A stretch of DNA of 40,129 nucleotides from Chthoniobacterales bacterium (GCA_038253875.1 JBBSGS010000001.1:1-40129); one strand, 5' to 3'. Shown: positions 18,702 through 28,075, numbered from the stretch's first letter. Notes: a model not told the origin generated them from the sequence alone. Made by a program: numbers and translations.

Positions 18702-19985
18702 ATGCGATGGCGCAACCAAATCCTGGCGCTTATTTGCCTAACGGTCTTTTTCGCGCTCGGCGTTCTCTATTTCCAACATTGGGTGGTACAGAAGCCATTT
18801 GGTGTTGTTCTCTTCATCGGAGAAGGGCTCACCCCGGAGCGGATCGCCGCAACGCGACTCTACACTGGAGGTGCTCACGCAAAGCTGGCCTTGGAAACGC
18901 TTCCCGCGATGGCTCTGCTCTCGAATTATTCGCAAGACTTCGCCGCGCCCGACGAAAGCGCCGCGGCGACAACGATCGCTGCCGGTGAAAAAGTCAACAA
19001 CCGCAGCAGTGGAACCAACCCCGCTGCGGACGCGCTGACCACGATCATCGATCTCGCTCGGGAAAAGGGCCGGACGATTGGCCTGGTTGCAAATACTCGC
19101 CTAACGAACCCGACGGTAGCTGCATTTTACGCTGCCGGCAAAGCACCACCCGAGGAGATCGCGCAGCGTTTCGTGGAGGGCCATAAGATCGACATCGCTC
19201 TCGGTGGCGGAGGCTCGGATTTTCTGCCAGAGTCAAAAGGAGGGCAGCGGCACGATAGCCGCGATCTCGTTCTCGAGCTGCGTCGCGATGGTTTCGAGAT
19301 CGTCCGCACAAAGGCCGAGCTCGAAAATGTTCCGCGCTGGCGTCGTCCCCGTTTGCTCGGTCTTTTTAGCAGCGGCGAGATGGCGTATGTGAATGAGATC
19401 GCCTCAGGCAGTGAACAACCCTCTTTGTCGGACATGACGCGGCGCGCAATCGAGTTGCTGCAGTGGAATCCGGGTGGCTACCTTCTGATTGTCGATGCCG
19501 GCCTGATGGGAACGGCGGCGCGCCGAAATCACGGCGAACAGACGCTCGCGGAGACGGTCGAACTCGACCGCGCGATCACGGTGGCAAACAGTTATCTTGG
19601 CAAGAATTCGACGCTTTTGGTGGCGGGTAATCTCGGCATTGGCGGACTCACGCTCAATGGATCGCCCTTTCGACGCGATAGCGGTATCGCGGTGATTGGC
19701 GTGAACGCCGCCGGCGAGCCCGCCCTGACGTGGGCGACGGGACCAAATGGTCCTCAAGACCCGACGAAACAGTCGCAGGCTGAAGACGCTGAATCTTTCC
19801 CCGCGGCGGAGATCGATGGTCGCGCAAGAACTGGTCTCAGGCAGGAGCCGGCGGCCTCTTATGCCGCGAGTGCGCGCGCTACGGTTACCGATGTTCTGGC
19901 GGTAGGTCGCGGGCCGGGGAGCGAACGCCTCCGCGGCTTTCTCGATAACACTATCCTCTTCAAGATTATCCAGGACCAGTTATAG
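18702..19985 (+). CDS. membrane-anchored alkaline phosphatase-family homologue with substituted catalytic/metal-ligand positions
   Basis: An N-terminal TM segment is present. The blocks align to E. coli PhoA motifs but with replacements (FIGEGLTPERIAATRLY, PDESAAATTIAAGEK, NTRLTNPTVAA, LLVAGNLGIG). Confidence 0.65.
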   Translation: MRWRNQILALICLTVFFALGVLYFQHWVVQKPFGVVLFIGEGLTPERIAATRLYTGGAHAKLALETLPAMALLSNYSQDFAAPDESAAATTIAAGEKVNNRSSGTNPAADALTTIIDLAREKGRTIGLVANTRLTNPTVAAFYAAGKAPPEEIAQRFVEGHKIDIALGGGGSDFLPESKGGQRHDSRDLVLELRRDGFEIVRTKAELENVPRWRRPRLLGLFSSGEMAYVNEIASGSEQPSLSDMTRRAIELLQWNPGGYLLIVDAGLMGTAARRNHGEQTLAETVELDRAITVANSYLGKNSTLLVAGNLGIGGLTLNGSPFRRDSGIAVIGVNAAGEPALTWATGPNGPQDPTKQSQAEDAESFPAAEIDGRARTGLRQEPAASYAASARATVTDVLAVGRGPGSERLRGFLDNTILFKIIQDQL

Positions 19986-20010
19986 ACCACGTCCCTGAAA
20001 AACGAAACCC

Positions 20011-20038
20011 GCCCACCGGTTTGCGCCGGTGAACGGGC
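20011..20038. terminator. hairpin between convergent genes
   Basis: The sequence is GCCCACCGG-tttgcg-CCGGTG-aac-GGGC. It sits between the phosphatase-like gene (ends 19985) and the minus-strand gene ending at 20062. There is no clear T-tract. Confidence 0.35.
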
Positions 20039-20061
20039 ACTCGCATTCGAAGTTCGGTTCG

Positions 20062-21432
20062 TTAGGGGCTGGTCGGCGGCACCTCAGGAACATTAGTGGC
20101 CTGCGGGATGAAGGTGAATGGCGGCACCTCAGGAAGAGCTGGGGGTGGTCCTTCACTGGGAGACTCCGCCCCCGGCCCCTCGGCCGGGATGTCCTTGTTA
20201 TCAAGAATGCTTTTGCCGTCAGCGAAATCTTTTCCATTCGAGGAATCGTCGTTGGTCGTTTGGTTGCGGCCCGCATCCTGGGCGTTCCGGTTATGGAGCG
20301 AAGTGCCGAAAGCGGCAACTTGCGCTACTGAGAAGGCCTCGCCCTGCAGACTGGCCGGATGCCACTTTAACATCAGGTAACGGCCGGCGGTCGCGGGGAA
20401 ATCAACTGACGCGCGACCCTTTCCCGTGCTAACAACCGATCCGACCGGCTTGAGCCGCGCAAAATCCGTCTCGCTGAGTTTGATGCTTCCCGGCAGATCC
20501 GCGGTTTGGGCGACGTTCGCAATTCGTTGGATGGCTGGCTGGTCCGTCGCGCCCTCCAACGGGTTATCAACCGGCAGACTGCTGAGCACGTAGAAATCAA
20601 CGCTCCCCGGCTGAGTCGCGTAGACTGCAGAGATACGGCTCAAGTTACGTTCCCGCCCTAGATCGATAACCGCGGTCGGCGCCGTATCGTTCGCAGCGAA
20701 CTGGTAGGCGGAATCCGGCTGATCGTCGATCATCTTGTTGACCTGCTTAAGATTGCCGGAGCTGGCATAGAGGGCACGGGCCCGCACGTGCAGGTCGGTG
20801 AAATTGTAGTTGATGAGAGCAAAGCTGGCGGACTTATTTTCAAAGCTGACTTTCCGCGGTCGCGGCATCGTGAAATCAGACACGGCGGGCGTGGCATAGA
20901 CTCCGAAGGCCGCAATGCGGCCGGCTTCGGTGATATCGAAGGTCAACCTGATGTATTTCGCTTCGCCAAGACCAACTTTCGCGGTGATGGGTCCGTCAGC
21001 CAGCTGGCGCGTTTCCACTTCTCGCCATTCAGGACTGCGGCTTGGGACATTGGCGTTGGAAATTGCGATCGTCAGGCGGCCCTTTGCCCCATCATTTGAG
21101 AGCGCGACGCTCTGGATATTATCAATGTTGGCAAGCGAGACGAGAATGCTGGATTTCCCGGTCGGCACTAGATAACCCGTGGTCGGGTCATCGCAGAGGA
21201 GGGCAGCCTCCGAAGTATTGAAATCCTCCCCATTCGAGCTCAGTTCCAATTTCGCGGTGGCTTTGTTCTGGGGGAGCGCTTCTACTTCCGCGCCAAAATG
21301 ATAACGGGCGAGATTTTCCGGGTAGGCAGGCGCTTCCTCAACGGTGAGTGGCGGCGCTTTCTGCAAGACTACCTCGGATGCAATCATGAGGGAGGGCGTG
21401 GCCAGCGCGGCGCAAAAAATAAGGGATTTCAT
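20062..21432 (-). CDS. secreted hypothetical protein with two galactose-binding/discoidin-like beta-sandwich repeats and a Pro-rich C-terminal tail
   Basis: The signal peptide MKSLIFCAALATPSLMIASE starts at ATG 21432 (alternative 21456; the ORF track starts at 21546). There are two repeats of about 150 aa ending ...RLTFD...IAAFGVYA and ...YLMLKW...VAQVAAFG. The domain call is from pattern memory only. Confidence 0.5.
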   Translation of the reverse strand: MKSLIFCAALATPSLMIASEVVLQKAPPLTVEEAPAYPENLARYHFGAEVEALPQNKATAKLELSSNGEDFNTSEAALLCDDPTTGYLVPTGKSSILVSLANIDNIQSVALSNDGAKGRLTIAISNANVPSRSPEWREVETRQLADGPITAKVGLGEAKYIRLTFDITEAGRIAAFGVYATPAVSDFTMPRPRKVSFENKSASFALINYNFTDLHVRARALYASSGNLKQVNKMIDDQPDSAYQFAANDTAPTAVIDLGRERNLSRISAVYATQPGSVDFYVLSSLPVDNPLEGATDQPAIQRIANVAQTADLPGSIKLSETDFARLKPVGSVVSTGKGRASVDFPATAGRYLMLKWHPASLQGEAFSVAQVAAFGTSLHNRNAQDAGRNQTTNDDSSNGKDFADGKSILDNKDIPAEGPGAESPSEGPPPALPEVPPFTFIPQATNVPEVPPTSP

Positions 21433-21505
21433 GCGAAAGGCCAATACGGGTTTCATAATAATTTCCATATTTACAAAAACGAGAGTAAGGAATTGGTCCC
21501 CGCCT

Positions 21506-21523
21506 GGCAATACAAATATTGCC
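21506..21523. promoter_or_regulatory. 7-4-7 inverted repeat upstream of the secreted beta-sandwich protein gene (candidate operator)
   Basis: GGCAATA-caaa-TATTGCC lies 74-91 nt upstream of ATG 21432 (minus strand) in an AT-rich leader. Confidence 0.3.
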
Positions 21524-21768
21524 TGGTTCGAATCTTTTTCGTCCAACCGAAAAAAGCAAGCAAATCTGCGCCGCAGGTTTGCTAAAAAAATAGACTGTCC
21601 ACCGTCGCCGGGAGACGAGGCTATCAGTCTGCCGAACGCGTTTCAAGGCGGTTCAGCCATTCTTGAAGGCTCTTTTGCAAAGCGCCGCGTGGCCGCACGA
21701 AGAATGAGGCCCGTTTGCTAGCTTCTCTTAAAGAAGAGAGCCCCCGGGATCGATTCGATTATCGCAGA

Positions 21769-22353
21769 TCAATTCTGGGCGACCAGAGTTGACGAGGCCG
21801 CGCGATACTTCCGGTTTTCCGCGAAGGCGTAGTAAGGCACATAAGCGCGCGAACCGAGATCGCTGCTCCGATACGCCACCCAGTTAATGGTCGGATCGAG
21901 AACGTAATTGCAGCTTTCGGTTTCCCATTCCACCCAGGCATGGGTCGATCGGCTCGTAGAGGTGCGTCGACCGATGACGAGACGCACATTGTTTGCGCCG
22001 TTTTCTTTCATTCTTTCATAAAGCGCCACAGCCTTTGCTTTGCAATCCGCTGGCTCTCCCGACTGAGTTTCGGCTGGTGTTTTCCACTCCGTCGTGAATC
22101 CATATGGGATTGATCGAAGACCGCCGATCCACTGATTCACTAATCGCAAAGAGATCGGAGCGCGACCGGTGTGACGGTCGGCACCCAAGACCGGACTGAT
22201 ACGAGCCATCTGGCGATCGTAGGGGGTCGATTTCACGGTTATCAGGAGCGATTCACCGTGCCCCGAAACGCAGGAGAGGCCGAGGCCGACCAGAGCGAGC
22301 AGGACAAACAAAACGCGTCGCAGAACGAACGGGTGGAGACTTATTAGTAGCAT
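21769..22353 (-). CDS. periplasmic transglutaminase-like cysteine peptidase (BTLCP / LapG-like fold)
   Basis: 194 aa with a signal/anchor segment. It shows the pattern W-K-T-P-A-E-T...G-x-x-A-D-C-K-A-K-A-V-A-L-Y...T-H-A-W-V-E-W...Y-V-L-D-P. This matches the Cys-His-Asp arrangement of that family. Confidence 0.55.
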   Translation of the reverse strand: MLLISLHPFVLRRVLFVLLALVGLGLSCVSGHGESLLITVKSTPYDRQMARISPVLGADRHTGRAPISLRLVNQWIGGLRSIPYGFTTEWKTPAETQSGEPADCKAKAVALYERMKENGANNVRLVIGRRTSTSRSTHAWVEWETESCNYVLDPTINWVAYRSSDLGSRAYVPYYAFAENRKYRAASSTLVAQN

Positions 22354-22836
22354 AGCGAGTGCAATTACTAAAAAGCAATGAGCGTGCCATTTGCTTCTCC
22401 GAGTGGAGCCCGACCGAACCGGTAGTTTGCACGTCGATCGGCGGCGGACGATCGCCAGAGCGAATGTCGCGAGATCAGAGGAGGGGCCTCTTTGGTGCGC
22501 CTGTTATCACGCGAAAGTTGAGGCTGCGCGATTGGATCCCGGGCGCGCTAACCCCGGGCCGGCTGCGTCGATCCCTGCGCGCTTCTGGCGCGGGTCGCCC
22601 ACCCGACTACGAGCGGGTCCGACCCTCAGCCTTATTTCAGATGATACCCCGCAGTTAAAGCGGCCAAGGGAAGAAGGCTTGGAGCGCAGTTCCTCCCCAA
22701 CCCCGCGACGTCTGAATGAGAGAGACAGGCTGCCCTCAGCGCGCTTTCGAGATAGCGTGCGTCAACAGGAGCAGCAGCGTTCTCCAAGCCAACAGAAAAG
22801 GCCATGGCGCGGGCGCGGCGTGGCCCATAAACCGAT

Positions 22837-24591
22837 CTAACGCCCAGCGCGGGAGCGGGCGACGCTCAAGCTTTGCTCCGCCGCCTTGAAATCCGGCCGG
22901 AGACGCAACGCTTCTTGGTATTGTGCAACCGCCGCATCGAATTCGCCCACGTCGCAAAGCAAATCCCCGAGCACCTGATGTGCCAGGAACATGCTCGGGT
23001 CGAGCGTAAGGCTATGCTCAAGCCGACGGCGGGCTTCAGTGCGTTGGCCCAGACCCTTCAGCAGACTGGCAAGATTGAACTCGGCTTTGACGTATTTCGG
23101 ATCGAGCGAAAGTGCGCGTTCGTAATGTTCGACGGAGTGATCATATTCTCCCCGATCCTTGTATGCCAGCCCGAGAAAAAATTCCGCCTCGGCCAGAGAG
23201 GGATCGCGCTTGATTGCGGACTCATAAAGACCGACCGCCTCCTCGACGCGCCCTGATTCATGCAAGGCTTTGCCGTAGTTCAACTGCGCCTGCGCGTCAT
23301 CCGGCAAAACTTCTGCAACTTTCGCAGTGCGCTCCAGTGGCGGCACGACCCGGCCCACCAATTGCGCGCTGCAAAGCGCGGCAAATGGGATAGCGAGCAC
23401 GGCCCAGCGCAAACTGTGGCGCAGCCACAGAGGCCAGCCGAGGCGAGCGCCGGCTGACGTTACGCCTCCTCCCTCGATTCCAAGCATGCTCCTGGTTTGA
23501 GTTTCCCGCACCTTCCAAATAAAACCATCATAGTAAAAGTGCAGTAAGGCAGAAGCAGTTACCACGCCGATCAGGGCATGGCGAATCCAAAGTGTTGAGG
23601 CCCCCGAAGTGGTAAAAGCGATCGAGCCATAGAGCAGAACAAGGCCGACATAGACCCCGATAAGCGATCCGCTTTTCCGGAAAACGAAGCGCATGAAGCC
23701 ACGGATGCTGTTGTCACGCTCGACCCGGCTTCGATTATAGATCCAGACTATCGCGAGGTACTGGACGTCGTGAAAAACCTCAAAGAGAGCTATCCCTACA
23801 AGGATGTTCTGGACGCCGTTGTTACAATACCACCAAAAGGCAATGCTACTTGTGAGGAGAGTTAGTTTTATGGGACTCGCCCAGTGCTTACTCCGCCAAT
23901 GGTTCCATTGTTGCCAGGCGAAAAAAACGGTCACGATCGCGAGCACGCTGATTATACCCGTCCGTAGTAGGGAGACGGCTGCAGCCGGAATGACCGGCCC
24001 TCCACTTTCGTAATAGAGATCCAGAAACGTGCGGAAGCGCATATGGGAAAGCAACACCGCAGCAACGAACCAGGTGAAACAGAGCGCTAGATCCGCGCGC
24101 GCGCGCGCCGCGCCGCTGGCAGACGCTTTGCCATCATATATTCGGCAGAATCCATAAGTCTGCATCATGCCGTGCCAGATTCCCCAAGCTAGAGCCAGCA
24201 GTTGAATCGCCTGAATATTGTACCACGATCCCCAGATGGAGACAGCGAGGAGGAGCACCGGCGCAACGAGGAAGCGCGTCCTGAATCGGGTAAACAGAGC
24301 GCGGTCGCCGTAGGCCCGAATCATCCCTGGAAGGTGATGACCCATCGCCCCGAAAGCGCCGACAAAAAGAAAAATATCCTGAGCGCTCCACCGTGCTTGC
24401 GCAGCTGCGAAAAGCGGGATTAGCAGCGCAGGTGTGCCGACAAAAAGACAGAGATCGCGCCAACGGTCGAGAATCCACGGGGATGATTTCGCCGGATTCG
24501 ATGCAGGGCGACCGGGCTGGCTCTTTTGAGACCGACCTCGGGACGACTGCGAGCGCCCTATCGAGCGGCTCAGCGTGGATGAAGCAGCCAT
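22837..24591 (-). CDS. polytopic membrane protein (about 9-10 TM, conserved His motifs) fused to C-terminal TPR repeats
   Basis: The hydrophobic N-terminal 400 aa carry GHHLPGMIRAYGD, GIWHGMMQTYGF, FEVFHDVQYLAIVW and LLHFYYDGFIWK. The C-terminal 160 aa hold about 4-5 TPR units (e.g. AEFFLGLAYKDRGEYDHSVEHYERALSLDP). Confidence 0.7.
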   Translation of the reverse strand: MAASSTLSRSIGRSQSSRGRSQKSQPGRPASNPAKSSPWILDRWRDLCLFVGTPALLIPLFAAAQARWSAQDIFLFVGAFGAMGHHLPGMIRAYGDRALFTRFRTRFLVAPVLLLAVSIWGSWYNIQAIQLLALAWGIWHGMMQTYGFCRIYDGKASASGAARARADLALCFTWFVAAVLLSHMRFRTFLDLYYESGGPVIPAAAVSLLRTGIISVLAIVTVFFAWQQWNHWRSKHWASPIKLTLLTSSIAFWWYCNNGVQNILVGIALFEVFHDVQYLAIVWIYNRSRVERDNSIRGFMRFVFRKSGSLIGVYVGLVLLYGSIAFTTSGASTLWIRHALIGVVTASALLHFYYDGFIWKVRETQTRSMLGIEGGGVTSAGARLGWPLWLRHSLRWAVLAIPFAALCSAQLVGRVVPPLERTAKVAEVLPDDAQAQLNYGKALHESGRVEEAVGLYESAIKRDPSLAEAEFFLGLAYKDRGEYDHSVEHYERALSLDPKYVKAEFNLASLLKGLGQRTEARRRLEHSLTLDPSMFLAHQVLGDLLCDVGEFDAAVAQYQEALRLRPDFKAAEQSLSVARSRAGR

Positions 24592-24707
24592 CGCGTTTGA
24601 TTAAAGCAGATCGCCAACCATGGCAAGTCCGATGTCACAAAACCCGTTCTCCGTCCTTTTTTTTCCACATTTACCTGAACAGTTATTCGCGCACTCCACC
24701 CCCGCCC

Positions 24708-24744
24708 GAAAAGCAAAAGGCGGGCGGCATTGCTGCCGCCCGCC
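24708..24744 (-). terminator. rho-independent terminator of the TonB-dependent receptor gene
   Basis: There is a perfect 11-bp stem, GGCGGGCGGCA (24719-24729) / TGCCGCCCGCC (24734-24744), with a 4-nt loop. On the minus strand it is followed by TTTTGCTTTTC. It lies 28 nt past the stop codon. Confidence 0.7.
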
Positions 24745-24771
24745 GATGCAAGTTCTATCCTAATTAACTGC

Positions 24772-27700
24772 TTAGAACTTCTTCGTCAGGCTGACGTAGT
24801 AGTAGCGGTTACGAATGCTATAGAGCGACGTATCGTAGTTATCGTTAAACGCTCCCAATACTGTGGGCGGGTTGCGATCGAACGCGTTGTTTACGCCGAC
24901 CGTAATCTTCGTATCCCAAAGGATTCGATCGAAGATTGAAGCCGACGTCGCCGCCGTGCTGACGGCCGCCTGCTGCTGGACTATTCCTTTGCCGTCCTTC
25001 GCGTCTTTGGAATAACCAGGCGCCGGAGCCGCTTCCACTGGAGCGGGTTTCGGGAAGGTGTAGGCCAACTGCATGTCCAGCGTGACATAGGATGTGATAC
25101 GACGATGAAATGCGAAGTTCGGGTTCGCAGCGGTCCCGCCGATTATACCACCATCGTCTCGGTTACTGTTAGCCAGAAGGAAGCTCGGATCGTCTTCGAA
25201 TTCGCCGATGTAGTTTCCCGTCGCGACAAAGTCGAAACCCTTGAATTCCCATTCTCCTCGCAGAAAAGCCTTGTTAAAGGGAATCGCGCCAGGAGCCAGC
25301 GGCAACGTGCTGTTGTTGTAGTTGCCGAGGAAGTTGGTGTACCCGCCACCTGGAATGGCTTCAATCTTATAGGTAAAGAAGTGATTCAGACCTCCGGAGA
25401 CAGTAAAGGTTCCAAGGTTCTGCGTCGGAATCTGATAGACTGCCGTGATGTCCAAACCTTGGACGTTGCGCCGGCCAGCGTTGCCGGCGGCGGAGTCGAC
25501 CGCGAGGAGGTTGCCTTGCGCGTCCCGGGTGATACCCAGCCCGGGACCACCATTACCGAAGTCGGTATTACCTTCGCCAAAGCCATCAGGGTCAACGACG
25601 CCATTGGTTAGAAGGACCTGAGCGAAGCTGGCCGGGTCGATGATGAGGTTTGTCGTGAACAAGTTGTAGTAGTCAGCAGTGAGCGTCAACCCCGGCACGA
25701 ACTTCGGTGAATAGACCACGCCAGCAGTGTAGGAATCAGTTGTTTCCGGTAGCAGAGCTGGATTTCCACCTTCAAAGACCCCAAGCGACGGCTGCAGAGT
25801 GGTCCTCGCGACCGGATCAAATAGGACCGGGAAGTCCTGAATGATCGGACCAAACAGTTGAATAGGGCGCGGTGCCTGGAAGGATTGCGACGCCGTCGCG
25901 CGCAAGGTGACGTCGGCGATCGGCTGGTAACGGATCGCGATGCGCGGGCTGCCGCCAAAATTTTCAGCTGGATTCGAGTTGTCAAACGTTGAAGAGAAGC
26001 CCTTCCTCAGATTGTCATCCTCGGTGAAGTTTTCATAACGATAGGCGAGAGAAATCTCGAAAGCGCGGACGCCCGGGATGTTCATCGTCGAGGTTACGAT
26101 CGGAACGGACAATTCGGCAAAGACCGAGTCGACTCTTTGGGTGAATTTGCTGTCGTTCCCGCCGTTGAAGCCAAGCTGGTCGTTTTGTTTTTGAATCGCA
26201 TCGGCAATCGTCTGGGTGCGGATTTCGCGATGCTCATAGCCGGCGGCGATATCGATGCCGCCGTTGTAGAGATTCGGGAAGAGGTGCGCGTTGACCTTGG
26301 CATCAACCAAGAAGTCCCGCTCGAGGAATTGCGACGTGGCAATGAAGGCGGCACGCTGGGCGGCCCCCGCATTGTCGTAGGGCGCGGTCCCAATCGAGAC
26401 GCCATCCTGAAAGTGGGGCGCGGCTGGGTTGGTATTATTGTAAATGGGAGCGACGCCTGCGACAGGCGCGGTCTGACCAATGAAGATATCGAAATTTCCA
26501 GCTAAAATTTCATTATCGATTCCACTTTCGGTGGCATCGCCGCTGTCGGTTTCGATCTCGTCAAATCTTTCATAGACGATGCCTGTGTCATAGCCAAAGT
26601 GACTAATGAATCCATTGTCCTTAATATTAAAGTCGCCTTTGATGGCGGCGACATAGCGCCATTCATCCTTGTCAAAGAAGGAGCGGCGGTTGGCGAGTTC
26701 CTGCTGCAGACGGTATCTTACTTCAGTCACGCGAGTGCCAAAGGGATTGAACTGCGACTGCTGCACAATCGGAAGGTCTCCCGTGGTGCCATCGAAAGTG
26801 GTGTTTGGGAAGGCTTGGCTGCCGGTAAATCCGTTGATCGCAAACGGGGCGCCAGCGAGTCCGTTATCCTGAGTCAGGTGAGTGTACATTATGTCGCCGT
26901 AAATCTGGAGGCCGTCGCCGAACACTTTATAATTTGCGGTGACATAGTAGTCGAATCTTTCCTGCGCAGGAATGGCAGGCGTAAATGCGCGGAAGTTGAA
27001 ACGAGCGGGATCGGTTCCAGCGGGAACGTCGAAAGGCCGGTAGTCGGCAAGGCTGGTCGGCGCATTGTTGGATAGGTTCTGCAGGACCCTTACCGTCCCA
27101 TCGATAGTGGCGCGTCCGGCGAAGGTGGGGCTGTCGCTATTTTGGCCTCCCAGTCCCAAGCCCGTCGCATCGTTGGAGGCATCTCCAGTGGTGGCTATGG
27201 TGCGATCGCGGGAAAAAAGGTTTGCTCGCACGTAATATTCTGCAGCCGCCGCGACCGAGAATTTGCCGTCGAGCCCGGTGACACCACCACGTACATAAAA
27301 CTGGCGGACATTTGCGTCCCTGTCGGTGGTGTTACCATAAAGGGCAAAGATTTCGCCACCCTCGAGAGGAGCTTCATTCGGACCGTCGAGAAGGATGAAG
27401 TTCACCACACCGGCTACGGCATCAGAGCCGTAAACCGAGCCGGCGCCGTCTTTCAATATCTCCGTGCGCGAAAGCGAACCAAGACCGATCAGGTTGATGT
27501 CGCTGCCCAGACCCAGACCAGTTGAGAGGAACGCGCGACGACCGTTGATGAGGGTCAAGGTGTTGCCGGCGCCGAGAGCGCGCAGATTGATCTGCGCCGT
27601 TCCGTCGCCGCCGTTGGAATCATTTTCCGTGGCCGTGTTGCCGACGAAGGAGGGCAACTGGCGCAGGCCTTCAGCGGGCGTCTGCGCACCTTGCTTGGTT

Positions 27701-28005
27701 ATGACTTCCGCCGTGTAAACGGTGACTGGGAGAGCCGATTCGGTTTCCGCAGTCGGGATATAGGAACCGGTTACGATGATGCGTTCAGCGGTGGCTTCGC
27801 CGCCGCCAGCGCTTGTGCCTTGTTGCTGCTCCGCCGCAGGCGCTGCCTGGACGGGAGCATTCGGCACATTGGAATTCGCGCTTGATGCTGTTGGATCCTG
27901 AGCGAAGGCGCTCGAGGCGATGAGGAATGGAATTCCGACGCCAGCAAGGGCTGAGCGAACGAAACCCAATTTCGTGAATACTGTTCTGTTCATTTGTTTC
28001 TCCAT
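24772..28005 (-). CDS. TonB-dependent outer-membrane receptor (plug + 22-strand barrel type)
   Basis: 1077 aa with a signal peptide. The plug region contains ERIIVTGSYIP...TPAEGLRQLPSFVGN...INLRALG...TLTLINGRR. The barrel is rich in Gly/Asn/Tyr/aromatic residues and ends in a C-terminal aromatic residue (...YYYVSLTKKF). Confidence 0.9.
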   Translation of the reverse strand: MEKQMNRTVFTKLGFVRSALAGVGIPFLIASSAFAQDPTASSANSNVPNAPVQAAPAAEQQQGTSAGGGEATAERIIVTGSYIPTAETESALPVTVYTAEVITKQGAQTPAEGLRQLPSFVGNTATENDSNGGDGTAQINLRALGAGNTLTLINGRRAFLSTGLGLGSDINLIGLGSLSRTEILKDGAGSVYGSDAVAGVVNFILLDGPNEAPLEGGEIFALYGNTTDRDANVRQFYVRGGVTGLDGKFSVAAAAEYYVRANLFSRDRTIATTGDASNDATGLGLGGQNSDSPTFAGRATIDGTVRVLQNLSNNAPTSLADYRPFDVPAGTDPARFNFRAFTPAIPAQERFDYYVTANYKVFGDGLQIYGDIMYTHLTQDNGLAGAPFAINGFTGSQAFPNTTFDGTTGDLPIVQQSQFNPFGTRVTEVRYRLQQELANRRSFFDKDEWRYVAAIKGDFNIKDNGFISHFGYDTGIVYERFDEIETDSGDATESGIDNEILAGNFDIFIGQTAPVAGVAPIYNNTNPAAPHFQDGVSIGTAPYDNAGAAQRAAFIATSQFLERDFLVDAKVNAHLFPNLYNGGIDIAAGYEHREIRTQTIADAIQKQNDQLGFNGGNDSKFTQRVDSVFAELSVPIVTSTMNIPGVRAFEISLAYRYENFTEDDNLRKGFSSTFDNSNPAENFGGSPRIAIRYQPIADVTLRATASQSFQAPRPIQLFGPIIQDFPVLFDPVARTTLQPSLGVFEGGNPALLPETTDSYTAGVVYSPKFVPGLTLTADYYNLFTTNLIIDPASFAQVLLTNGVVDPDGFGEGNTDFGNGGPGLGITRDAQGNLLAVDSAAGNAGRRNVQGLDITAVYQIPTQNLGTFTVSGGLNHFFTYKIEAIPGGGYTNFLGNYNNSTLPLAPGAIPFNKAFLRGEWEFKGFDFVATGNYIGEFEDDPSFLLANSNRDDGGIIGGTAANPNFAFHRRITSYVTLDMQLAYTFPKPAPVEAAPAPGYSKDAKDGKGIVQQQAAVSTAATSASIFDRILWDTKITVGVNNAFDRNPPTVLGAFNDNYDTSLYSIRNRYYYVSLTKKF

Positions 28006-28075
28006 TGGTTTGGTTAGGTTTGGCGGTGAGGATTAAAGAAGAAATTCAACCCTCGCAAGCGTTTTTTTCATTTTT

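Noticed and set aside
21503-21526. A sigma-54-like TGGCA...TTGCC pair lies upstream of the secreted protein gene.
   Set aside because: The GG and GC elements are about 15 nt apart on either strand instead of the canonical 12-nt register. The sequence is better explained as a 7-4-7 palindrome.
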